From Camelus dromedarius (lineage: Eukaryota), in the NCBI RefSeq assembly GCF_036321535.1, contig NC_087447.1, positions 46,440,001 to 46,504,000 of the forward strand: a stretch of DNA of 64,000 nucleotides. The letters are read 5' to 3'. The position numbers and the translations under genes are program-made. Of this stretch, positions 25,916-37,451 are shown piece by piece (within the stretch, counting starts at the first letter, position 1; each line of letters starts with the position of its first letter). The notes beneath the pieces are model-generated. The model was not told the origin of the DNA and did not search any database. It worked only from the letters and a program-made list of their open reading frames with translations.

Positions 25916-27713
25916 CTGATGCATGGTGCAAAAGAAAATTAAGTAGTGAACAGGCCAGGCAGATTCAGGAATCTCCCCACCCTCCCTCCCCACTGCCCTC
26001 AGCTTGGGCCTTGAAGCATGAGATTCATAGCATCCTCTAGTGCCCCCAATACAATTCAGTTCTCTCCATCTGTATTGGGAAAGGCAATCTCCCTGCCTAG
26101 GCTTTTGGATGAAAATGAGGATGGGAATGAAGATGAGCAGCTCTGTGATACCACGAGTAAAGGCTGTCCTTTTGTGAAAGAAAAAGGAACAGACCTCAAG
26201 GATACCTACCCAGAGGTTTGAGGGGTAGGGCTAGAGAGACTGGTATCCAGAGTGAGGCAGGACCAAAAGGAAGCCACAGGGTATGCAGGCTGCAGCCCAG
26301 AGACCAGGACTGGGCTGTGGTCACAACATCAGAGAGGAGAGGTCTTTCCAGAGGAAAAGGACTTTCTGAGGGTCTTCTAAGCTTGCCTCAAGCAAGTTGA
26401 AGGCTACTATCTCTGACCCTAGCCAGACCAGGCTGTGGAAGAAAGCTTTTCACCAGTTCTCATACAGTTCACTTACTGAGACCTTGTAGAAGGATAATAA
26501 TATCCAACAGAGTGTCCTGAAATGGAAAGCCAAGTTCTAGTCTGTGTTCTGCTTCTAATTAGCTTTGGGACCTGGGGAAAATTACTTAACCTTTCAGAAC
26601 CTTAACCTCCTACTCTGAACATGAGTATTTTAATGTCTGCCTGACCTATAAACTTTGCTTGTCCAAAACCCCTTAATGTGCTTCCCCTCTTCTGAAGAGT
26701 AATTCCATGAAGGGTACTACATCCATTCAGTCACCCAAGCTAGAAATCCGGGCGTCATTCTAGACTCCTTCTCCTCCACTCTTCACAGCCAGTTACCAAA
26801 TTAATCCTCTCCTTTACATCCCAAGACCCCGTTACCTCCCCTAATGGCCTACTGCAATAACTTCCAAGTTAGTCTCCCCATTCTTTCCTTTATACATGCC
26901 TAAATAACACTAAAATGTTATTTCTAAAATGTAAATCTGACCAATTCACTTTCTTTTAGAAACCCTTTCGCAGTTTTCCATCTCCTAAAGGGTAATGGCC
27001 AAAGTCCCAAGCCTTTCAGAGCCCTTCATCATTCCAGCCTCATCTACTACACCTTCCCACCAACACATAGCCAATGTTTGAACCACAACATATCAGGTAC
27101 TCTTGAACCTCCTTGCCTGTGCATATTCCTCTGCCTAGAATGCACTTTCTCCTTTTCCTACACACAGGGTGTTAGTACAAATGTCATCCCTTTTGTGAAG
27201 CATTCCACCCAAGTTCACACTGTTAGTCACTGCCTCTTCAACACCCCCATAGCACTTATCAATTTGTTTCATAATTATTTATGTACCTCTCCCAGACCAG
27301 ACTGTAATTCTTGATGGCTGGGATTGTATCTTATCATCTGTGAATTCCCATGCCCAGCAGAGCCTGGCAGAGAGTATCAATAAATGTTTGTTGAAGGAGT
27401 AAAGGAAGAAAGGACTCCACTAGGATAATGGATGGGAAAGTTTAGGCCAAAGTGCTATAGGACTGTGAGGGAGGGGGGCTGTTACTCATTTTTAGAGTCA
27501 GCAAACCCTAAACAGAGAAGGGAAGAGAGGTGTGGGGAGTCAGACTGACCTTAAGGAGGAGTCCCACACTGGGAAAGGACAGGACAAGGAGATGGTAGAC
27601 CACTGCACACCCCCCACAGCTGACCAAGCAGCAGCCAGCAGGCAATGGCCAAGGTAAAGGCAGCAGAGAGGTAAGGAAGGGAAGAAAGAAAAGAGAAGAG
27701 AGACAGCTGATAC

Positions 27714-28028
27714 CCCAAGCTCTCTGAATGCCAAGGCATCACAGCGGTGCTGTCAGAAGCGGGTAGGTCAGGGTAGGGCTCCATCTGGAGGAAATAGGAA
27801 GTGCTGTGGTGGTAATAAACAGGGTGGACATGGACGGTGGTGATGGAGGTGGTGGTGGTGGTGGCAGTGGTGGTGGTGGTAGTAGAGGAGCAGGAAGAAG
27901 AAGCAGAGGCATATGGAGCGCTGGTCCCGAGGCCTTCAGAACTGAAAGACTGTCCAGACGAAAGGCTGCGCATTCGCTGCAGAGATACCCGGCTTGTCAA
28001 GAAGTGGCCAGCCTCGCCCTCTACCAAC
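27714..28028 (-). CDS. STIM1: STIM1L extension of exon 11 (alternative downstream donor; 315 nt, 105 aa)
   Basis: Open frame LVEGEAGHFLTSRVSLQRMRSLSSGQSF...poly-Thr...VHVHPVYYHHSTSYFLQMEPYP...HSESLG. The donor TTGGG|gtatca is in the same phase as the exon 11 donor. Confidence 0.9.
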
Positions 28029-28095
28029 CTCTGAGATCCCAGGCCATGCTGTGGCTCCGTCAGGCGCTGCCGGACACTGCTCTGCAGGCTGGGGG
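28029..28095 (-). CDS. STIM1: STIM1 exon 11 (67 nt)
   Basis: tgcag|CCCCCAGCC...TCTCAGAG|gttggt. Translates to (S)PSLQSSVRQRLTEPQHGLGSQR. Confidence 0.96.
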
Positions 28096-29801
28096 CTGCA
28101 AGGAGAGTGAAGAAAGTGTGAGGAAGGGCCAGCCTACTTTGGGCTGGCAGGCAAGCAGGTTTGCCCATGGAGAAATGCTCGCTGGAGACCACTCTGGGCC
28201 TTTGGTGCCCAATCTACAGAACGGGGTACCTCCTCCCCCAAACCTCCCACCAGGGGCCCTAAAAGGAAGGGGGAGTTGAAAATGAGGTGCCCAGGTCAGT
28301 TTTAGTGGCAATTCCAATGGAAGGAGACCTAGGGCAAACATTACTATAAAAGGAGATGGCAAGGCAGTTAGTGGGAGGACACAGGCAGGACAGGGTAAGA
28401 TAGGGGTTTGGGACAAGGTCCGGGAGAGCACTAAGAACCAGCCTTTTTAGAAAGCCAAACTCAGGAAATAATTCACAATTTAGACAAGGATTTATATATA
28501 AACATATTCATCACATCATTGTTAATAGTTGTATGAAAGTAAACATAAAGATGAAACACTGGGGAATTGGTAATACATCCAGTTGCCGGAAGGTTATACA
28601 GCTTTTAAAAATGCTGCTTATGAAAATATTTTTAGAACATAGAAAAATGTCTATTATAACACTCAGGGAAAACAAAAGGATACAAAATTACATGTAAAAG
28701 AAACACCTTGAGCTATGGAATACAAAAGACAAGAGTTTAAAACCAGGCCTTTCTATTTCTAGCTGTGACCTTGAGCAACTTACTTCCCTATTTAAATTCC
28801 CAGTTTATAAAATCCTGCAGGGTTGTCATGAGGCTGCAAGATAATGTTTTAAATGTATCTGACACAGTCCACGGCACTCAATAAATGGCAGTGGTTATCA
28901 TTATTTTAGCCACATTAAAAACTTACTTAAAAATTCACAGAGACAAAAAACTGAAAGAGAAAGTGCTCAAATATGGTGGAATTACTGGTGCCTTTTTAAT
29001 GCTCATATTTACTCTTTTTACTTTCTAAACTTCCTCTAATAAGCGTATACCCAACAAAGAACCAGATCTTGGATTAATGCTCCAAACCAGGCTCTTGGAA
29101 GATGATGACCGCCATGCCCAGAGGAGGGGCATGTGGGTACCAGGTAACTTAGGAATGTGATAGAGCATCCCTCTTGGGCCTCCTCCCAGCTCCAGCTGAA
29201 AACAGAATGCACACCTCTGTTTTCTCTCCTCTATCCTGATAGATGGGCCTCCCTGCCTTCTCCTTAAAGATGAGAGAAAGGGCCAGGTCACAAGGATGGC
29301 AGAAGCCTTGGAAGGGCCATTAGGGAGAGAGCACAGTTCCATGGTGATGGAGAGCTGGGGAGGCAGGGCTTCTATGGCTGGTGGCTTTCAAGGCCTGAAA
29401 AGGAGGCTGAAGAGGAAGAGGAATCATGGAATAAGGAAGGGGAAAGGGAGAAAGAAGGGGGAAACAAAGAAAGAGAAAAGAGGAGGAAGATCCTTCCTTC
29501 CCTCTTTGCATCTCAGCCCAGCTAGAAGAAGGGCCACCAGGACATCTTTATCTGTCTAGCTGAGCTGAAAAGAGAAACCTAAGGCTTCCATCACCATGGC
29601 TGTTCTCTCTCCAGCCCTCAGCTGAGCAGGCTGATTCTTCTCACCCCCGAACCCTTCCCTCATGTTAGTAGGGACAGTGGTGCAGGAATAGTGGGCACAG
29701 GCAGGGGAGTGAGGCAGGCAGGAGAAGGGGCCCATGGGGTAGGAGTGATAGTTTAGTCCCAAAAGTCAGAAAAACAAAGGCCCCAAAGGGGCTCCTCAAA
29801 C

Positions 29802-29894
29802 CCGGGTATTTCCAGAGGGACTGATCATCCGAGCCGACGGATGTTGAGCAGAGAGAGCGGTCACTGAACCTACGCCCCATCAGCCAGGCAGCAT
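29802..29894 (-). CDS. STIM1: STIM1 cassette exon A (93 nt, 31 aa; STIM1A / STIM1-beta)
   Basis: ccctag|ATGCTGCC...TACCCGG|gtttga. Frame-preserving. Translates to YAAWLMGRRFSDRSLCSTSVGSDDQSLWKYP(A). Confidence 0.9.
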
Positions 29895-30664
29895 CTAGGG
29901 TCCAACAGCCAGGCCAAAAGGAGAAGAGAATCTGATTTACAGAGGGCTTCACCCTGCCCCTCAATGGGACAAGGGAAGGGCCGGGGGCAAGGGGTGGGTG
30001 TCTCAGAGCTAGTGAAGGTCCCTCCCAACCCAGAGAACATAGGAGACTTTAGATCAACATGTCAGGATCAAGCTCTGCCCGCTGGTGATCCTAACCTTGT
30101 TGGACCTTTGACTAAAGTCCTGCAAGATATCAGACCAGGGAATGAAGAGGCTTGGCCAGAGGCAAATTATCACTGAAGAAATTTACAAATAAATCCTGTC
30201 TGGAGCTGGAAGCCAGCCTGATTAAAGAATCTGGCTTTCTGAAAGTGAGCCCCTAATCCAGCCCAGCTTTCTGCCACCCCCTCTGCATTCATGGGATATG
30301 GACCCAGACAACAGCTTTCCCATACAGGTCTATTCTGTTTATCTAAAATTGCCTCTGATCCAGAGAAAAATTCAACTGTGTCAGTAAGGGGTATGTCCCT
30401 CCCTTCACTGAAGAACTCCCACAGAGTGTTGTCTCTTTTGACTCTGCTCTACTCGGCTCTTGCCAATCACAGAGGAGAAAAAGGGGAGGGAAGACCCAGG
30501 ACAGAGGGTGGGGAGGGCCAAGAGGGCAGGTGGAAACCCGGACATCCTTGTGCAGGAGATCCCTCCTGGACAAGAAAGTCTTTCTGACTTGGAGGATTTA
30601 AGGCTGCATCACTGTAATGGACTATTGCTCCATGAAACCTCACACAAAAAAGCAAAAAGAAAGA

Positions 30665-30731
30665 CACACATTGTAAAATGACTATAACTCAATTTAAAAA
30701 TGTTAAAAATAAATAAATAAATAAATAATTG
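30665..30731 (+). mobile_element. Extremely truncated young L1 (last ~35 nt plus a (TAAA)n tail)
   Basis: cattgtaaaatgactataactcaatttaaaaa is identical to the end of the 45-50 kb L1. TSD aaaagaaaga at 30655-30664 and 30732-30741. Confidence 0.8.
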
Positions 30732-31166
30732 AAAAGAAAGAGACATCATTCCATTCATCTACTTTAGCAATTAAGAATAATAAATATAAAATGAAAACAA
30801 ATAAAAGCAATAAGTAGTCAAAATGAATGCCATTTTTATATTATGAACCACTAAAGGAGATTATTTTTATAAAGGTAGATAGGAAGGGAAAAAAGGAGAA
30901 TAAAGGGATTAAAAAAACACAAAGAGTGAAGGGAGACACACTTAACACAATAGACCCAGAGGGCAGGCAGAGCATATAGCAAGGAAAAACAACCAAAAGG
31001 ACAACTATAAGGGAATATCCTGATGCAAATTCTGCTTTATTAACCAAGGTCCTGAGTTGAACCACCTTCCTTGGTTTCTGCCTCATATGTTGCTTAAGCA
31101 CAGAAGAGGCCAACTTCTCAATCTGCACATCAAAGGCTCTTTCCCTCGTCCCCACCCAAGAGGTCA

Positions 31167-31520
<354 letters not shown>

Positions 31521-31688
31521 CTAAATCAGAAAATTAAGAGCAAGGTGGGAGATAGCTAGGGCTGGGGCAGGAGACCAGAGCTGAACCTCTACCAGTGAAG
31601 AAATAGAATTGAGGATGGAGGCCCTGGACACCCTCAAACTCTGAGGATGGGATGGACAGCGCCAGAGCTGGGCAACAGGTGCTACTTA

Positions 31689-31880
<192 letters not shown>

Positions 31881-32196
31881 CTAGCACAGCTTAGGCTGCA
31901 CAAGAAAGAAGAGAAGAAGGGAAAGGGAAAAGGAAGGCAAGGGGAGAGAAAAGAGTAGGGGTAGAGAGAAAATGGAGACAATGAGAGAAGCAAAGGGATC
32001 CCCTGACAGTACCCTGGCCCCAGGAGGAGTCTGTCCCCATGGCAGGCTGGGGCCGGCAGATACTTCCCTCTACCTGCCTCTACTTGCTTCATCTTTCCCA
32101 GAAGGCAGGTAGGAATAGCCCCACACCCTCATTCCCTCCTCCAGAAGCTTGAGGACATTATTAGGAAAAGAAACTGAACCCAACACCAGGATGTCA

Positions 32197-32559
<363 letters not shown>

Positions 32560-33939
32560 TTATGTGAGCTTTACAACTCTCCCAGGAGGGGAAAAAGGGC
32601 AAGGATTATTCTCTGTATTTTATATACAAGAAAGCAAGCTCAGAGAAGGAAAGTAACCTACTCAAGGTCACAGTCAGTAGTGTCAACCAGAACCCAGATG
32701 GAGATATTTTTTTGCTGCCAGACTAGAACATTCTTTTTTCCCTCATTAGCTGCCTCTCCTGGTCATACAGCCAATCTAAGCAATTTTCCCTGCTCTCTGG
32801 AGGTACAGGTCATCTCAATGAATCATCATATTTCTGAGAGTTGGGGTCTGTGCTTGGACTCAACTCATCACAATGTGGCAGGAAAAGCACTTGGTTGGGA
32901 ATCTGGAAATCTAGTCTGGTCCCTGGTCTATCACTTGACTGGCTGTGTGACCCCATGTGCTTCCTATAGCAGATCTCAATTTAGTGTAAAGAAAGGCTTT
33001 CTCCCATGCAAATCCAAACTGTAAGTGAAGGGGTGATCTCAGGAGAGAGGTAAGCTCCCCATTATGGGAGGTATGAAAAGAGCTCATGTAAAGAGCTTAA
33101 AAATGATTGCTACTCTAGAGGGTGATTGGCCTGAATGCCCTCCAAAGTCTCTGCTAGCCCAGAGACTTTGTTTATGACTCTCCCATTCAGCAGGACAGGT
33201 AGGCTGTGAAGAGCACTCTACAAGGCAAGAAGACAACAAGCAAGCTTACACCAAACATGGGCATTGCCAACAAGGGCTGAGATACAGAAGGACCAATGTG
33301 TAAGCAGACATTTCCTCACTGATTTCTCAGCAAGGAGCATATAATGAAGCAGCCACAAAGCACCTAAACATCAAAGGTCTGAAGTATATACAGAATCCAC
33401 TATATACACTGGATTCCTTGCTATCTCATCCAGTCAAGTGATCCTCAACTCCCCCATCAGGACACTGACTTTCAGCTGGTCAGAATCAAAGAGAAAAGAA
33501 ATTGAGAGCAGTCTCGTCCCAACTTCAGGCAATGGGGAAGTATCCCATAGCAGGCCTGAGGTCCTCCCCTCAGCCTAAGATGAACTGGGAGGGCCTTGGC
33601 TAAGGACTGAACACCTTCATTCCTCTGAGAGCCTATGAGAGGATCAAGACTCATTTGGGTTTGTTCCTTGAAAAAGAAACTATAAAATGACCCACTGCTG
33701 GCTTTACAGATTTAAAATGCGGAACAAATACCTTAGAGACTAATATACTAATATAAGTCTGAAAATATAGGATCCAGTTCTACATTAAAAGCAGTTAGAG
33801 GTATGGAATCAGCTCAGAAGGGGAGAATGGAGAGAGAAAAGAGAAGAGAGAACAAGTAGAGGGAAGTGTGACAGTCAGGAGGCACAAGAAAGGGCTGGCC
33901 TAACAGGCTCAAAAACTGTGCAATGAGAGAAATAATTAC

Positions 33940-36900
33940 AAAATGGAATGGGGGAAATACACTGTCCAGCATTTAATAAAAATTAATTACTAGACATTAC
34001 TAGACATGAGGCAGGAAAATATAACCAATAATCAATAGGAAAAATAAGCAGTCCCATAAAGTATCCAGATGTTAGTTAACAGACAAGGACTTTAAAACAG
34101 CTATGATTGAAATGTTAAAGAAAACACAAGAAAATATGGATACAATACATGAAAACATGGAAATTCAGGACAGGGAACAAGAATCCATACAAAAGTAAAA
34201 TGGGCATCCTAGAAAAATACATTATCTGAAAGTAAGTTCCAATGGATGGGCTAAACAGCACAATGTTCACAGCAGAATACAGGATTGGGGAAGTCAAAGA
34301 CACAGCAATATAAAACAACCAAACCAAAGCACAGAGAGAAACAAGAACAGAGCTAAGCATAAGAGACATGTGAAATAGAGTTAAGAGGTCTAACATAAAT
34401 ACTGGATTCCAAGAAGGAGAGGAGAGAATGGACCAGAAGCAATATGTGAACACTAAAGAGAATGTGTATTCTGCAGTTGTTAGGTAAAATGCTCTATATG
34501 CATCAATGGGTCAAATTGATTAATCATGTTTAAATTTTTTATATCCTTACTGATATCCTTGGCTGCTTATTATTGAAAGAGGTATGTTAAAATCTATAAA
34601 TTTGTGAACTGTCCGTTATCCTTTTAGTTTTTTCAATTTTTGATATATATCAATATGTAATCTATATATAACTTATATATACTGATTATATATTAATATA
34701 TAATACATGCTAATATATAATCCGTACGTTAATTATATAATCAAGATATATTAATATATAATCAATATGTAATCACTTTTTGATATGTATAATAGCATAC
34801 ACATGCTATATTATTAGGTGATCCAAGTTATACATTACTGTTGTTATACATTACTGTTGAAGTTACACATTTATCATAAATGAAATGTCCATTTTTGTCT
34901 CTCCTAATACTTCTTTCTCTAAAGTCTACTTTGATATTAATTTGCTACCCCTGCTTTATTTTGCTTTGTGTTTACCATATATCTTTCTTCATCCTTTCTT
35001 TTAACCATTTGTATCCTTATATTTAAAGTGTATCTCTTGGAAACAGCATATAGTTGGGTTTTGTTTTTTATTCAGTCTGACACTCTTTGCCTATCAATTG
35101 TATTGTGTGGTCTTTTTACATCAACCAAGTCTCAACACATTTGAAGCCATACAGCATATATTCTTTGACCACAGCAAAATTAAACTAGGAATCAATGAGA
35201 AAAACAGAAAAGTGCTCAAGTGTTCGAAAATCAGGCAACAAACTTCTAAATAACCATAGGCCAAAAAGGAAATCTCAATATAGATTAGAAAATCTTTTGA
35301 ACTGAAAGATAATGAAAATATGAAATATCAAAACTTAGTAAATGCAGATAAAGCAGTGCTGACATGGGAATTTATAGTTCTAAATGCATGTTTTAGAAAA
35401 GATTAAAAGTTTAAAATCTATAACCTAATCTTCCACCTCAAGCAGCTAGAAAAATAAGAGCAAGTTTACAAAAAATTTTTTTCAAGTGCAAGACTTCTAC
35501 ACTGAAAACTACAAAACACTGCTGAGGGAAATTTTAAAAGACCTAAATGGTGACAGGATAAACAATGCCCATGAATTGGAAAAATTATTTGGTTAAAATG
35601 TCAATTTTCCCCCACATTAATCTATAGATTCAATGCAAAAACAGTAACAATCCCAACAAAGCATACTGTAATGGAATGACAAGCTAACACAGAAATGCAA
35701 AAGCCATCTTGCAGAAGAATAAAGCTGGAGAACTTAACACTGCCAGGTATCAAGACTTGTTGTAAGATAATGTGGGGTAAGTATACACAAATAGACCACA
35801 GGACAGAATAAACTATCTACCTAGGAAAAAAACTTTGACCTCTTACCTCATCTTATACACAAAAATTCGTTTGAAATAAACTATATCCCTAAATATGAAA
35901 AGTAAAACAATAAAGCTTCTAGAAGAAAATGTAAGAAAAAATCTTGAGGGTAGGAAAAGATTTCTTAAACAGGCTACAAAAAGCACCATTAAAAAATAAA
36001 CAACAACTAATTTATTGGACTTCATTAAAATCAAGAACTTCCGTTCATTAAAAGACAATATTAAGAGAGAAAAAAGCAAACCACAGTCTGAGAGAAAATA
36101 TTTGCAATATATATGTATATATATTCACAAAAAGACTTACATCCAGAATATACTTAAAAACTCTTACAAATCAATTTTTTAAAAGATAATCCAATTTTTA
36201 AAATGAGAAAAGAGTCCTAAATAAAGCAGTCAATAAATTTATGAAAAGGTGTTAAATATTATTGATCAACAGGAAGATTAAAATTAAAATCACTGAGATA
36301 CCACTACATCCCTACCAGAATGTATAAAGTGAAAATGCCTAAAGATAGCAAGGTTGTAGGTCAACTAGAACTCTCACACTGTTGCTGGTGGCAGTATAGA
36401 TTGGTACAACCATTTTGGAAAACTGACAGTTTCTGATAAAGCTAAGCATATAAATGGCATATTAAATATCCAACAGAAATAAGTGCTTATACCCACAAAG
36501 ATGGTTCATAAACAATATTATTGATAAAAGGCAAAAAAAAAAACTGCAAATAACCCAATTGTCTGTCAACAGGAGAATGGATAAATAATTTATAGTACAC
36601 TCATACAATGGATTAATACCCAGCAATGAAAATAAACCAACTATCACTACATGCAATAACACAGATGACTCTCAAGACATAATGATGAGTGAAAGGAACA
36701 AAAGAATACATACTGTATAGCGCTATTTATATGAAGTTCAAAATCAGGTGAAACTAATCTGGTTTAGAGCTTATGACTATAGTTACCTTTTGGGTAGAAT
36801 ATTGACAGGGAGAACAGGAGAGGTAAAAGTGAGACTTCCAGTTGCTTAAAAGATTCTACATCTTGATGTAGATGGTGGTTACACAGGCACATGCGTATCT

Positions 36901-36960
36901 AAAACATTGCCAGCTATATACTTATGATTTGTACAATTTATGTAAATACCTCAATAAAAA
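33940..36960 (+). mobile_element. Old L1M element, heavily deleted, with an internally inverted endonuclease segment
   Basis: Sense ORF1-like sequence to about 34450, an antisense endonuclease segment at about 34455-35120, then sense ORF2/3'UTR ending cctcaataaaaa at about 36960. Confidence 0.7.
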
Positions 36961-37064
36961 TGGGACAGAATAACTGCTTTCACCCCTTATTCACTGTTGC
37001 AACTTTCCACTACTCATTGGTAAGAGTCTAGAGAATCTTGTAGGTATTCTTTGAGCCATATTCA

Positions 37065-37451
<387 letters not shown>

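Noticed and set aside
27806..28279. 157-aa Gly-rich plus-strand ORF
   Set aside because: It is the antisense reading of the STIM1L Thr/Ser repeat.
34645..34810. Spaced AT-rich repeats resembling an array
   Set aside because: Irregular low-complexity (atata/atcaatatgtaat) expansion inside an old L1, with no constant repeat-spacer period. It is not CRISPR-like.
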